Shown: positions 38,562 through 48,592, counted from the first letter of the stretch. The stretch: DNA of 64,000 nt from Synergistales bacterium (GCA_036722335.1 DAIMJI010000003.1:3781-67780); one strand, 5' to 3'. The notes: generated from the sequence alone by a model not told the origin. A program made the numbers and translations.

Positions 38562-39451
38562 ACCTTCTCCTCCAGTTTTTCACCCATGAGCCCGGTTGGT
38601 TTCATGAGAAGGATAACGATGAGCAAGACAAATGCGAAGGCATCCCGATAGCCTGATAGGGCGGGGAAAAAGGCAACGGCCATGATTTCGATGAGCCCGA
38701 GCAGCATCCCGCCGATCATCGCGCCCTGGATCGAGCCGATCCCTCCGAGGACGGCTGCGATGAAGGCCTTGAATCCAGGGAACACTCCCATGAAGGGATG
38801 GATCTGCGGGTACCTCAGGGCCCACATGATCCCCGATGCGGCGGCAAGCGCCGATCCGAGACCGAACGTCAGAGCGATGATCTTGTCGACAGAAACCCCC
38901 ATGAGGCGCGTCGTCTCGATATCCTTCGAAATGGAACGCATGGCCAGCCCGGGCTTGGTCTTGTAAACGATCCAAAGCAGCCCGGCGACCAGGGCAAAAG
39001 CGATTGCCGGGACGATGAGCGCGAGAGGCAGGATTCGTATGTTGCCGAACGTTATGACTTCCACGAGCCAGTCGGGCCTGTAAACCGGCTTGGGTAGCCC
39101 GGTAAAAACGACAAGTCCCAGGTTTTCTATGAAAAATGAGACGCCGATGGCGCTTATGAGAGCCGAGATGCGCGGCGCGTCCCGTAAAGGGCGATAGGCG
39201 ATCCGGTCAATGACGATCCCGCAAACAGCAGAGAGGGCCACCGCGAGGACCACCGCGACCGCCCAGGGGAGCTTGGTCAGCGTGACACCGAAAAACACGA
39301 AATACGCGCCCAGCATGAAGATGTCGCCGTGAGCGAAGTTGATCAGCCTCAGGATACCGTAGACCATCGTATAGCCGATTGCTATCAGGCCGTAAAGGCT
39401 TCCCAGGGTCAGGGCGTTAAAAAGGTGCTGCACAAACATTTCTAAACTCAT
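38558..39451 (-). CDS. livH: Branched-chain amino acid ABC transporter permease LivH
   Basis: 297 aa, LivH-like (INFAHGDIFMLGAY). Confidence 0.9.
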   Translation of the reverse strand: MSLEMFVQHLFNALTLGSLYGLIAIGYTMVYGILRLINFAHGDIFMLGAYFVFFGVTLTKLPWAVAVVLAVALSAVCGIVIDRIAYRPLRDAPRISALISAIGVSFFIENLGLVVFTGLPKPVYRPDWLVEVITFGNIRILPLALIVPAIAFALVAGLLWIVYKTKPGLAMRSISKDIETTRLMGVSVDKIIALTFGLGSALAAASGIMWALRYPQIHPFMGVFPGFKAFIAAVLGGIGSIQGAMIGGMLLGLIEIMAVAFFPALSGYRDAFAFVLLIVILLMKPTGLMGEKLEEKV

Positions 39452-39529
39452 GGGGAACCCCCTTGGTAATCAAGAAAGGGAGGAGGTTGCCCCCCTCCCT
39501 ACCCTCGCACTATTTTCTTTCTCGAAATT

Positions 39530-40663
39530 CTACAGTTTCGGCTGGATGACGTCGACGAACACGCGCTGTCCGTTCTGGATCATCATGATCCCGACGGGCT
39601 TCTCGGCATCGTGGGTCGCGTTCATCGTCGTGCTCCCGGTGACGCCGGGGAAGTTCTTTGTGGCTTCAAGCTGGTCCCTGATCAACTTCGGCTCAGCCTT
39701 GCCCGCCCGCTTGATGGCGTCGAGGATCAGCATGTAGGAGTCATAGCCGAGGGCCGCGTTGACGTTGGGATCCTTGCCGGGGAACGCTTTCTTCCAGTTT
39801 TCGGTGAACTTCTTGGCAATCGGGCTCATGCCCTTCATCGTCGGGTCATACGGGAATGTCGTGTAGGCAAATCCTTCGACAGCCTTGCCGCCGATCTTGA
39901 CGATCTCCGGGTTGTCCATGGCGTCTCCGCCCATGATCTTGAACTTCCCGCCAAGTTCGCCGACTTGCTTCATGATGATGGCGCCTTCAGCGAAGTAGGA
40001 AGGGATGAAGAGGACATCGGGCTTCTTGCTGATGATCTCCGTCAGCTGGGCCGTGAAGTCCTGGTCACCTGAGTTGTAGTTCAGCTTCGCAACGATCTTG
40101 CCGCCCATCTTGGTGAAGGACTTCTCGAAGAACGTCGCCAAACCGACGCTGTAGTCCTGGGAGACGTCGATCAGGATAGCGGCGTTCTTTGCCTTCATCT
40201 TCTGGAACGCGTAAGTTGCTGCGCCGGCTCCCTGGAAGGGGTCGATGAAGCAGGTGCGGAAGATGTACTTCTTGCCCTGGGTCACGAGGGGGTTCGTGCA
40301 GGAAGTTCCAAGCTGGGGGATTCCGGCCTTTTCCGAAATCTCTCCGCCCGCCATCGCGAGTGAGGAACCGTAGGTTCCGATGATCGCGACGACTTTCTCC
40401 TTTTCTATCAGGCGCTTGACCGCATTGGCAGCCTCAACCTTGTCGGACTTGTTGTCCACGACGATCAGCTCGACGTTCTTGCCCAGGACTTTCGGGGCTT
40501 CCTTGTAAGCCATCTTGACGCCGTCGAGCTCGAGCTGGCCTCCGAAACCCATCTGACCGGTCAGCGGAAGGAAAACGCCGATTTTCACCGTGTCAGCTGC
40601 AAAAGCACTTGCCGCGAGGACCAGAACCAGTGCGATAGCCAGACCCACTTTCCCAAACTTCAT
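39530..40663 (-). CDS. Branched-chain amino acid ABC transporter substrate-binding protein (LivJ/K-like)
   Basis: It starts at MKFGKVGLAIALVLVLAASAFA (signal peptide) with a GGAGGAGGGG SD. It has the periplasmic-binding type I fold pattern. Confidence 0.9.
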   Translation of the reverse strand: MKFGKVGLAIALVLVLAASAFAADTVKIGVFLPLTGQMGFGGQLELDGVKMAYKEAPKVLGKNVELIVVDNKSDKVEAANAVKRLIEKEKVVAIIGTYGSSLAMAGGEISEKAGIPQLGTSCTNPLVTQGKKYIFRTCFIDPFQGAGAATYAFQKMKAKNAAILIDVSQDYSVGLATFFEKSFTKMGGKIVAKLNYNSGDQDFTAQLTEIISKKPDVLFIPSYFAEGAIIMKQVGELGGKFKIMGGDAMDNPEIVKIGGKAVEGFAYTTFPYDPTMKGMSPIAKKFTENWKKAFPGKDPNVNAALGYDSYMLILDAIKRAGKAEPKLIRDQLEATKNFPGVTGSTTMNATHDAEKPVGIMMIQNGQRVFVDVIQPKL

Positions 40664-40766
40664 TCGAGTACCCCTCCTCCACAAAGGTTTAATCCATACC
40701 CCACAAGCTTAAGAAGAATTCTACACGATGAGCGGCATGATTCATAGGGGGAATTACGTATTGCCC

Positions 40767-41954
40767 CTAGGCCTCGATCACTCCCATTTCACGCCCAACA
40801 CTGGCGAAAACGCCCGCTGCCATCTCCAGATCGGACGGTTCGTGTGCGGCGGAAACCATCACACGAATCCGGGCGGTACCCTTGGGCACCGTCGGGAAGG
40901 CGATGGCCTGGGCGAAAATCCCCTCCTCGAAAAGCCTCGCGCTGAATGCCTTCGCCACGGGAGCCTCCCCGAGGATGACAGGCGTGATCGGTGTTTCACT
41001 ATGGCCTATATCGAACCCGTGTTTCTTCATCAATTCCTTGAAGAGTTTCCCGTTCGACCAGAGTTTCTTGACGAGTTCATCGCTTTGCCCAAGAATTTCA
41101 ACCGCCGCAAGGTTTGCGGCCACATCCGGAACGGTCAGCGCACTGCTGAAGAGATTCGGGCGGGCTTTCTGCCGCAAGTAATCGATCGTTTCGGCCGTTC
41201 CGGAAATGAAACCGCCGACTACGCCGAATGCCTTTGAAAGTGTACCCACTTCAAGGTCAACCCTGCCATGCAGCCCGAAGTGATCCACGATACCCCTTCC
41301 ACCCCTTCCCAGGACACCTTCCCCGTGGGCGTCGTCAACCATGATCATCGCCCCGTATGCCTCGGCGGCTTCCACCAGTTCGGGAAGAGGGGCGATGTCT
41401 CCGTCCATCGAAAAGACCCCGTCCGAAATGACCAGCTTTCGGCACTTTTCATCTTTCCGGCTTTCAAGGACTTCCCTGAGGCCGGACGGGCTGTTGTGTG
41501 GATAGCGCAGGATCGATGCGCCGCTTAGCCTGCAGGCGTCGATGATCGAAGCGTGGTTGAGCTCGTCGCTGAAAACGAGGTCACCCTTGCCTACCATTGG
41601 GGGAACCGCCGAGAGGTTCGCGCAGAACCCTGACTGGACGACGATTGCCGCCTCGGTTCCCTTGAACTCGGCGAGCTTCCTCTCCAGCTCGACGTGCAGG
41701 CTTAGCGTTCCTGCGATTGTCCTGACCGCGCCAGGCCCAACCCCGAATGCGTCGATCATGGCCCGCGCCCGCTCGCATATCCGCTCGTCACTACACAACC
41801 CCAGGTAGTTGTTGGAGCAGAGGTTCAGCCTTCTGCGTCCCTCGATCGTGACCCAGGGGCCCTGGGCGCTTTCGATCGTACGGATGTTCGTGTATAACCC
41901 CTCAGCCTTCAGCCTGGCCAGTTCCTCCGTGATGAACTTCTTTTCTACGGACAC
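40767..41954 (-). CDS. kbl: Glycine C-acetyltransferase (2-amino-3-ketobutyrate CoA ligase)
   Basis: 395 aa, alpha-oxoamine synthase family (NNYLGL, DDAHGEG, GTLSKA with the PLP Lys). The N-terminus is Kbl-like. Confidence 0.8.
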   Translation of the reverse strand: MSVEKKFITEELARLKAEGLYTNIRTIESAQGPWVTIEGRRRLNLCSNNYLGLCSDERICERARAMIDAFGVGPGAVRTIAGTLSLHVELERKLAEFKGTEAAIVVQSGFCANLSAVPPMVGKGDLVFSDELNHASIIDACRLSGASILRYPHNSPSGLREVLESRKDEKCRKLVISDGVFSMDGDIAPLPELVEAAEAYGAMIMVDDAHGEGVLGRGGRGIVDHFGLHGRVDLEVGTLSKAFGVVGGFISGTAETIDYLRQKARPNLFSSALTVPDVAANLAAVEILGQSDELVKKLWSNGKLFKELMKKHGFDIGHSETPITPVILGEAPVAKAFSARLFEEGIFAQAIAFPTVPKGTARIRVMVSAAHEPSDLEMAAGVFASVGREMGVIEA

Positions 41955-42003
41955 GGCCCATCCCCTCCTTCAAGGTGGTATTCCAATTCGGGATATGACG
42001 ATT

Positions 42004-42693
42004 CTAGCCCCTTACCCTCACACCTTCCAGAACGGCGGCAATGCTTTCCCGGGAAGGCGCGGGGATTTCGCGCAGCACAGGATCCAAGGCGTTTGCCGGC
42101 TGGAAAAGCTGGACGACCCAACGGGCGTCGTTCCCAAGCTGCTCCCGTATTTTCTTAAGGTCCTCGACTGTCATCAGCCCGGGGACAAAGGTCGTCCTAA
42201 GTTCGAGGGATTCTCCCAGGGGACGGAGCAATTCTAGGGATTTACGCACCTTCTCCGTATCGACGGGCACCCCCGCCAACTCCCCGTATTTTTCCCAGGG
42301 AGCCTTTACGTCCATGGCAACCGCCCGTACCAGTCCGAGTGACAGAAGGGTTTCTAGGGCTTCGGGGCAGGAACCGTTCGTATCCAGCTTGACCGGAAGC
42401 CGGGCTTCGTCCCGGAACCAGGAAAGCATTCCGGGCAACCCGGGATAAAGCGTGGGTTCACCTCCGCTCACCACCACGCCGTCCAGGAACATTCGCCTCT
42501 TCTCCACATCCGCCAGGACAGGAAGGGGATCAAGCCCCTCTGCCATTCCCGTGACGAGCGGGGCATTATGGCAAAAGGGGCACCTGAAATTGCAGCCTTT
42601 GACGAAAACAACGGCGGTTACCCGTCCCTGCCAGTCAAGGAAAGAGGTGGGCAGGTAACCGCCGATCAAGGGAAGGTCAGGAATCGGACGCAA
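42004..42693 (-). CDS. nrdG: Anaerobic ribonucleoside-triphosphate reductase activating protein (radical SAM)
   Basis: 229 aa. It has the CNFRCPFCHN radical-SAM cluster motif and overlaps nrdD by 17 nt. Confidence 0.9.
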   Translation of the reverse strand: MRPIPDLPLIGGYLPTSFLDWQGRVTAVVFVKGCNFRCPFCHNAPLVTGMAEGLDPLPVLADVEKRRMFLDGVVVSGGEPTLYPGLPGMLSWFRDEARLPVKLDTNGSCPEALETLLSLGLVRAVAMDVKAPWEKYGELAGVPVDTEKVRKSLELLRPLGESLELRTTFVPGLMTVEDLKKIREQLGNDARWVVQLFQPANALDPVLREIPAPSRESIAAVLEGVRVRG

Positions 42694-44806
42694 CGGGTAT
42701 GGCCACCTTTGTCCTGTCCCTCAGTTCGGCCCTCTTTCCCGCGTTCCAGGACGAAGTTCGGGTGAAGTAACCGGTGATCCGTGTAATACCGTCCACGTTC
42801 GCGCTCTCGCATGCAGGGCATGTCTCCTTGAGCCCCCTGACAACCTTTCCGCAGTCATTACAAACAGTGAATTCAGGGCTGAAAGCCACCTGCGCGTTCT
42901 CGGAGTGAAGGAAAATCTTCCGCACGAAGGAAGCCAGGGCTTTGGGATCCGGTTTGTGCTCTCCCAGCCAGACGTGAGTGATCGCCCCCGCCTTGATCAT
43001 GGGGTGGAAACGGCCTTCCTCGAGGACCTTTTCTATCGGGTCCATCGAAACGTCGTAGGCGAAATGGCTGCTGTTCGTGTAATAAATCTCGCCTTTTTCA
43101 CGGTTGCCCCTGATCAACTTGCCCGCCTGGTCCGGGAAATACCTCATGTCAAGCTTTGCCATCCGGTACGCCGTGCTCTCCGCCGGTGTCTGCTCCAGGA
43201 CGATCTTCAGGCCATAGCGGCTTGAAAGTTCCTCGCATTTCAGTTCCATGAACTTGATCACCGCGAGGGAAAATTCCATCGCTTTCGGGTCCTGGTGGAG
43301 CTCGTGACCCGTCATGGCCTGGGCGAACTCGTTCAAGCCGAGGATTCCCACAAGGTGGCTGGCCTTCTTCATCCGGATGTAGTTCTCGCCGTCATGGTCC
43401 ACGCAAAGGGTATTGAGCGGCCCCTTCTTCCCCAGGGAAAGGATCTCCTCAAGGAAGCGCCTCTTCTCGAGGTGCGCACGGCCGGCCAATTCCATCTCGT
43501 GGTCGAGAAGCTCGAACATGAGGTCGGGGTCGGCTCCGCTCCTGTATGCAAGCCTTGGGAGGTTGATCGTCACGTTCTGAAGGGCACAATAACGCATCTT
43601 CCAGGGCATGTGAGCTTCCTCGAGGTCCTCGGGGGTCAGCTCGAAACTGAGGCGGCAGCACTCGGAAAGTTTCGCCACTCCGCCCCGGTCGAACACGAAG
43701 TAGGTGTTGCCCTTTTCCGACGCGACGAGGCAGGCCAGTTCCAGCATTTCTTCCCATCCAGGCTCCTTGAAGAAGTCGTCCGTGATGTGCAGGAGCGGCT
43801 TCGGGAAGAAAAAGGGCTGCCCCCTGCTGTCTCCTTCCAGGTACACTTCCATCAGGGCCTTGAGGAACCGCTTCGACTCGGGAGCGTATTCGGCATAGGT
43901 CTTTCCCGTCGTCACACCACCAGGACCGATCGCGGGCACATCCCGGAAATGTTTCGGGATTTCGAAATAAAGGTTCACATCCGTAAAAGCGACCTGGCCC
44001 CCACGGCCGCCGGCAAGCTGGTTGAACTCGAAGACCAGCATTTGTGCCAGCTGTTTCAGCCTTGCGTCCGACTCTCCCTCTATGTAGGGGGCGAAGAACA
44101 CATTGACCGCATCCCACCCGATCGCCCCCGCGAAATTGTTCTGGAGGACCGAGGTCATTTTCAGCACATGGGCCAGGAGGACATCCGCGTGCTTCGCGGG
44201 CGCCGAAATGCTGGTTATGCAGGGAAAGTTCAGGCCGTACTTTTCCACGTAGGCCATGCTCTGGCCGGAACAGTAGGGCCGGTTGACCATCCCGAGGTCA
44301 TGGAGATGTAGGTCGCCGGAAAGGTGCGCCTCAGCGATATCCGGGGAAAACACCTTCGTCAGGGCGTACTCCTTCAGGACCATCTCGGCTATGGACAGGT
44401 TGATCGATTCCGGGTTGTGCGTCGTGTTGCTGTTTTCATGGTTGGGCGACAGCATCATGGATTCCAGGTCGAAGAGCGGAATACCTATGCGGCTGTGATC
44501 CTTCAGCTTGGCATCAAGCCCCCTCTGGAAGAGCTTGACGTTCACCATCTCCCGGATGAGGGTCGTCGTGACTTGCTCCCGGTTGCACCGGATAAGGTCT
44601 TCTTCCACCTCGGCCGCAATCTCTCCGGCCATCTGGGGCTCAACCCCGGCCTCCAGGATCAGGGCCTTCTGGATTCTTTCGGCCTTCCAGGGGGAGCGTT
44701 CCTCCTGCGCAAGCGCATCGACCATGAGAAGCAGGTCCGTGGATTCGGTCCTCCCTCCAAAGAGCTGCATCTGGCGCCCGGCAAGTAATTCGGCGTTATC
44801 GGCCAT
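42677..44806 (-). CDS. nrdD: Anaerobic ribonucleoside-triphosphate reductase (class III, glycyl radical)
   Basis: About 709 aa. It has an ATP-cone N-terminus, a Zn site (CNDCG...CPAC) and a C-terminal glycyl-radical region (ITRITGYF). The most likely start is the ATG at 44806, which overlaps the nrdR 3' end. An alternative ATG lies at 44815. Confidence 0.95.
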   Translation of the reverse strand: MADNAELLAGRQMQLFGGRTESTDLLLMVDALAQEERSPWKAERIQKALILEAGVEPQMAGEIAAEVEEDLIRCNREQVTTTLIREMVNVKLFQRGLDAKLKDHSRIGIPLFDLESMMLSPNHENSNTTHNPESINLSIAEMVLKEYALTKVFSPDIAEAHLSGDLHLHDLGMVNRPYCSGQSMAYVEKYGLNFPCITSISAPAKHADVLLAHVLKMTSVLQNNFAGAIGWDAVNVFFAPYIEGESDARLKQLAQMLVFEFNQLAGGRGGQVAFTDVNLYFEIPKHFRDVPAIGPGGVTTGKTYAEYAPESKRFLKALMEVYLEGDSRGQPFFFPKPLLHITDDFFKEPGWEEMLELACLVASEKGNTYFVFDRGGVAKLSECCRLSFELTPEDLEEAHMPWKMRYCALQNVTINLPRLAYRSGADPDLMFELLDHEMELAGRAHLEKRRFLEEILSLGKKGPLNTLCVDHDGENYIRMKKASHLVGILGLNEFAQAMTGHELHQDPKAMEFSLAVIKFMELKCEELSSRYGLKIVLEQTPAESTAYRMAKLDMRYFPDQAGKLIRGNREKGEIYYTNSSHFAYDVSMDPIEKVLEEGRFHPMIKAGAITHVWLGEHKPDPKALASFVRKIFLHSENAQVAFSPEFTVCNDCGKVVRGLKETCPACESANVDGITRITGYFTRTSSWNAGKRAELRDRTKVAIPVASDS

Positions 44807-45272
44807 TTTTTTCATCCCTTTCTTCCAGGAGTTTTGATATTTCCTTCGTGAAGCCGGAAAGGTCCGTGAATTCCCTGTAGACGGACGCAAAGCGGACATA
44901 GGCAACCTGGTGGAGCGACCGCAGTTTTTCCATCGCCAGTTCCCCTACGCGGATACTCGAGACTTCGCCCTGTCCTGAACCGCGGAGGGAATCCTCGATT
45001 TCAGCGACGGCCTCTTCTATCTTTTCCAGGGGGACCGGGAGCTTTTCGCAGGATTTTGCCATTCCCTTGAGGAGTTTTTCCCTGTCAAAGGCTTCTCTTC
45101 TCCCGTCCTTTTTCACGACCCACAGGAAAGTCCTTTGTTCCAGGCGTTCGTATGTCGTAAAACGAGAGCCGCACAAGGCACACTCGCGCCTTCGCCTGAC
45201 GATCCTGTCCTCGTCAGCCGTTCGGGTTTCTATTACACGAGTATCTGCAGCTCCACAAATAGGGCATCTCAT
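44796..45272 (-). CDS. nrdR: Transcriptional repressor NrdR
   Basis: 158 aa. It has a zinc ribbon (MRCPICGAADTRVIETR...CALCGSRFTTYE) followed by an ATP-cone. Confidence 0.95.
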   Translation of the reverse strand: MRCPICGAADTRVIETRTADEDRIVRRRRECALCGSRFTTYERLEQRTFLWVVKKDGRREAFDREKLLKGMAKSCEKLPVPLEKIEEAVAEIEDSLRGSGQGEVSSIRVGELAMEKLRSLHQVAYVRFASVYREFTDLSGFTKEISKLLEERDEKNGR

Positions 45273-45280
45273 TAACCCAC

Positions 45281-45308
45281 CCCCTATATATGGTGCTTCC
45301 CTATTATA
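45281..45308 (-). promoter_or_regulatory. Candidate nrdR-nrdDG promoter -10 (TATAAT) with an adjacent single NrdR-like box
   Basis: The minus strand reads gatTATAATagggaagCACCATATATAGGGGGtgggttaATG. The box at 45281..45296 matches 12/16 positions of the NrdR consensus and lies between the -10 and the SD. Confidence 0.45.
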
Positions 45309-45400
45309 ATCTGCTTAGATTTTTCCGATTGGGTCTCAGGGTTGGAGTTTCTATCGAGAAATGGGACTTCTGAACCTTGAAGGGGCTTTCCGTAATATGC

Positions 45401-45425
45401 GGGGGATGCCTTGAGGGCATCCCCC
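45401..45425 (-). terminator. GC-rich hairpin downstream of the yqeY-like gene
   Basis: A 10-bp stem (gggggatgcc / ggcatccccc) with a 5-nt loop. There is no clear U-tract on the minus strand. Confidence 0.35.
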
Positions 45426-45443
45426 GGGTTAATCTCTTTTAGG

Positions 45444-45911
45444 CTAAGACTGAGCCGTTCCTTCCTGGAGCACTTCGGTCACGGCAGCTTTCACGCGGTT
45501 CCCTTCTGCCCGGCCCTTGACCCTGGGCATGAGGAACCCCATCACTTTTCCCATGTCGCGAGGGCTTTTGGCACCCGATTCCAGAGCGGCCTGCCGCGCG
45601 AGGGAAAGAAGTTCCGCATCGCCCAGCTGTTCAGGCATGTAGCCTTCCAGTATCGCGGCTTCCGCCAGTTCCTGATCCGCCCGGTCGGCGACCCCATGGC
45701 TCCGGTACTGCTCACTCGCTTCACGACGCTGCTTGATCAGCCTTTGCACAACAGCAAGGACTTCGTCATCCGACAAATCATTGCCCTTGCCCTTCTCGAC
45801 CTGGGCCACCTGCAAGGCCGCCTTCAGCATCCGGAGCGTCCCGAGACGCATCTCGTCGCGTTCCTTCATCGAGCGAACAAGGTCTTCCTGGATACGCTTG
45901 ACCAGGTCCAC
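45444..45911 (-). CDS. yqeY: GatB/YqeY domain-containing protein
   Basis: 155 aa from the GTG at 45911 (GGGGGAGG SD). It reads VDLVKRIQEDLVRSMKERDEMRLGTLRMLKAAL..., the YqeY signature. The ORF-track extension to 46073 reads across rpsU in another frame. Confidence 0.85.
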   Translation of the reverse strand: MDLVKRIQEDLVRSMKERDEMRLGTLRMLKAALQVAQVEKGKGNDLSDDEVLAVVQRLIKQRREASEQYRSHGVADRADQELAEAAILEGYMPEQLGDAELLSLARQAALESGAKSPRDMGKVMGFLMPRVKGRAEGNRVKAAVTEVLQEGTAQS

Positions 45912-45927
45912 CGTCAGGCCTCCCCCA

Positions 45928-46107
45928 CTAGGAGCGCTTGCGTTTCTTCGCCGCAGCCGCCCTCTTGAGTTTCTTCGCCTCACTCGGCTTCTGGTAGTGC
46001 TCATGGCGTCTCGCCTCACGCAGAACCCCCACTTTGGAGACTTCGCGCTTGAAACGCCGCAAGGCATCCTCAATCGATTCGTTGTCCTTGCGAACGACAG
46101 TCGTCAT
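45928..46107 (-). CDS. rpsU: 30S ribosomal protein S21
   Basis: It is not in the ORF track (59 aa). My translation is [59 protein letters not shown]. An AGGGGGG SD is present. rpsU-yqeY is a conserved gene pair. Confidence 0.9.
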   Translation of the reverse strand: MTTVVRKDNESIEDALRRFKREVSKVGVLREARRHEHYQKPSEAKKLKRAAAAKKRKRS

Positions 46108-46137
46108 CCCGAATCCCCCCTTTCATGCCACCCACGC

Positions 46138-46512
46138 TCATCCCGGTGGCCAGCGGAACGATCGTCCCGCCAACAGGTGCACGTGAAGGTGGGGGATAGT
46201 CTGCCCCGCCCGCGGCCCATTGTTCACCACGAGGCGGTATCCCTCGTCTTCCAATCCGAGATCTCCCGCAAGTTTCTTCGCCACGGCCATCAGCTTCCCC
46301 CAAAGCGCGTCGTCATCGACAGCCGAAGCTGAAGGGACATGGGCCTTGGGAACGATCAGGACATGAGTCGGAGCCTGAGGGAGGATATCCCTGAAAGCCA
46401 GGGTCTCGGAATCCTCGTAGAGAATCGCCGCTTTCCTGCTGCCCTCGACGATCTCGCAGAAGACGCAGCTTACCGGCAAGGCATTCACCCCGTCCGTGCA
46501 GGATGGAGCCAT
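46138..46512 (-). CDS. HIT-family (histidine triad) nucleotide hydrolase
   Basis: It has CVFCEIV...APTHVLIVPK...HLHVHLL (the HxHxHxx motif). The start is uncertain: ATG at 46512 or TTG at 46539. Confidence 0.85.
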   Translation of the reverse strand: MAPSCTDGVNALPVSCVFCEIVEGSRKAAILYEDSETLAFRDILPQAPTHVLIVPKAHVPSASAVDDDALWGKLMAVAKKLAGDLGLEDEGYRLVVNNGPRAGQTIPHLHVHLLAGRSFRWPPG

Positions 46513-46566
46513 TTTATCCCAGCTTGCGGGATGGAACAATAGCCTGCGGCCCCAACGGGGAAAATT

Positions 46567-47868
46567 TCACCCTTGAAATTCCCCGTTTTCGAAACGGCTC
46601 ACCAGGACATGTTTCACTTTTCCCGCGACGCCCTCACCTTTCCAGCGGACAGAGAGGAAATGGGGTGTCAGCCCTTTCAGTTCGTCTTTTCGCCTGTTTT
46701 CGACCAGGACGGGAACCTCCGAACCAAGGAATTTCATCGCGAAACGCGACAGGAGTCCGTCCCCCAGGGTAATCCCCTCTTCGCAACGGGCCTTTTTTAC
46801 CGATTCCGGAACCTGTCCTTCCAGTGAGGCCGCCAGCGTCTTGGGCCTGGCGGAATAGGGAAACACGTGAAGCTTGCCAAACCCGAGATTTTTCACAAGG
46901 CTTAGTGTGTTCCGGAACGCCTTGTCCGATTCCCCGGGGAAGCCGATCATCAGGTCAGTGGAAAAGTGAACGTCTTCGGACCACAGGCTTCTCACTCTCT
47001 CGATTATCCTGGCGAAACCCCCGGAATCGTAACCTCTCCTCATCGCCATCAGCACTCCGTCATCCCCGCTTTGCAGCGGAACATGCAGGTGAGGACAGAA
47101 TGAGGGAATTCCCGCGAGGGCCTTAACGAGCCCTTCGTCCAAGGCAAAGGGCTCGATTGACCCGAAACGGATTCTCTCGATTCCCTCGACTTTCGAGATC
47201 GCCTCGACCAGCCTTGCAAGAGACCAACCGTCCTGTCCTCCGTATAGGCCCAGATGCACCCCCGTCAGAACGATTTCATGACAGCCGGAAATCGCAACCC
47301 TTCGCGCTTCATCAAGGATATCCCCGGGGTCACGGCTGACCGGTTTTCCCCTGACATAGGGGACGATACAGTATGAGCAAAAATGGTCACACCCGTCCTG
47401 GACTTTCAGGAAGGCGCGCGTATGGAGGACCGGCCTGTCAAGCTGCAGCCCGTCCCAGGCTTCCTGGGGAGGCGAAGGCAAACGACTGACAAGAGGGACA
47501 GGCCCGCCTGCCCTTCCCTGAAGGAGGAACTCTGCGGTATCCGGCACGGACCACTTCAGCCGGTTGCCAACCACCGCGTCCAGGCCAAGATGGCGGGCTT
47601 CAGAAGGGTCCACCTCCTGGGCCCAGCAGCCTGTGGCGATGATTACCCCTCCAGGGTTCTCGCGCCTTAGCCTTCGGACCTGCTGCCTGCATTTCCTGTC
47701 TGCTTCCGACGTGACCGTGCATGAAAGCAGGACGGCGACATCCCAGTCCCCCGCGGATGGAACCGCTCCCCTCAGGATCAATTGCGAGGCGATGGCCTCC
47801 GCTTCGTACTGGTTGGTCCTGCAGCCCAGGACCCTAATCCGGAACCTTTTGCCCGCTAACGTTCCCAC
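46567..47868 (-). CDS. mtaB: tRNA threonylcarbamoyladenosine methylthiotransferase MtaB (radical SAM, MiaB family)
   Basis: It has a UPF0004 N-terminal domain (LGCRTNQYE), a radical SAM motif (CDHFCSYCIVP) and a TRAM C-terminus. I chose the GTG at 47868 because it has a GGGAGGG SD. Confidence 0.85.
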   Translation of the reverse strand: MGTLAGKRFRIRVLGCRTNQYEAEAIASQLILRGAVPSAGDWDVAVLLSCTVTSEADRKCRQQVRRLRRENPGGVIIATGCWAQEVDPSEARHLGLDAVVGNRLKWSVPDTAEFLLQGRAGGPVPLVSRLPSPPQEAWDGLQLDRPVLHTRAFLKVQDGCDHFCSYCIVPYVRGKPVSRDPGDILDEARRVAISGCHEIVLTGVHLGLYGGQDGWSLARLVEAISKVEGIERIRFGSIEPFALDEGLVKALAGIPSFCPHLHVPLQSGDDGVLMAMRRGYDSGGFARIIERVRSLWSEDVHFSTDLMIGFPGESDKAFRNTLSLVKNLGFGKLHVFPYSARPKTLAASLEGQVPESVKKARCEEGITLGDGLLSRFAMKFLGSEVPVLVENRRKDELKGLTPHFLSVRWKGEGVAGKVKHVLVSRFENGEFQG

Positions 47869-48592
47869 ACGCCTGTCCCTCCCAGGCCAGAACAAGATAC
47901 GAGCAGGCCACTACCGCGGCCGTAAAAGCCTTCAAGACATTTTGTCCCAGGCTGACCGCGGTAAACCCGCTTTCCTTGAGGGCCATGATTTCCTTCTCGT
48001 CCCAGTCTCCCTCGGGACCAATGGCCACAACAGCTTCCGGGGCACAGGGAACCTTTGCGAGAGGTACCGTCGCTTCTTCAAGAATCCCCGCAACCTTTAG
48101 GGGGGGAAGGTCCCTTGCAAGGGCTTTCTCCAGAGGGACCGGGAATTCCAGGTCCGGTATTGAGGCGGCCCCGCATTGGAGAGTGGCTTCTTCCAGGATC
48201 CTCCGCCACCGGGCAACCCTTCTCGCCTTCTCCTCACCCTGCAGCCGCAGAACCGAGCGGTTCGCCTCGACCGGGAGTATGGTCGAAACGCCGACTTCCG
48301 TCACGCCGCGAAGCAGAAGTTCGAAATCCCCTCCCTTGAGAAGCGATGCCAAAAGCGTAATGCGCGGCAGCCCTTTCCCTGCGGGTACAGAGGAAATCCG
48401 CCTTGCGCGAAGGCCTTCTTCCGTCCCTTCAAGCCTCAGCCTCAGTTTTTCTCCCTCGAGGAGTCCTTCGACCTCTTCCCGGGCCGAGACCCTGAGGACC
48501 TTGACGAGGTGATGGGCCTGGCCCTTGTCTACACTCCAGAGGCCTTCCCCGATATTCTTGCACTTTTCAAGGCGCAACCTGGGCGGAGACAC
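47834..48592 (-). CDS. rsmE: 16S rRNA (uracil1498-N3)-methyltransferase RsmE
   Basis: It has a PUA-like N-terminus (HHLVKVLRV) and a SPOUT C-terminus (IGPEGDW...E). The start is uncertain: GTG at 48592 or TTG at 48577. Both overlap the prmA 3' end. Confidence 0.75.
   Translation of the reverse strand: MSPPRLRLEKCKNIGEGLWSVDKGQAHHLVKVLRVSAREEVEGLLEGEKLRLRLEGTEEGLRARRISSVPAGKGLPRITLLASLLKGGDFELLLRGVTEVGVSTILPVEANRSVLRLQGEEKARRVARWRRILEEATLQCGAASIPDLEFPVPLEKALARDLPPLKVAGILEEATVPLAKVPCAPEAVVAIGPEGDWDEKEIMALKESGFTAVSLGQNVLKAFTAAVVACSYLVLAWEGQACGNVSGQKVPD

Noticed and set aside
45299-45327. A second NrdR box about 31 bp upstream of the nrdR-proximal box.
   Set aside because: The sequence at the expected position (tgcttagatttttccg) matches the consensus poorly, lacking the core C and G. 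Only a single box is supported.
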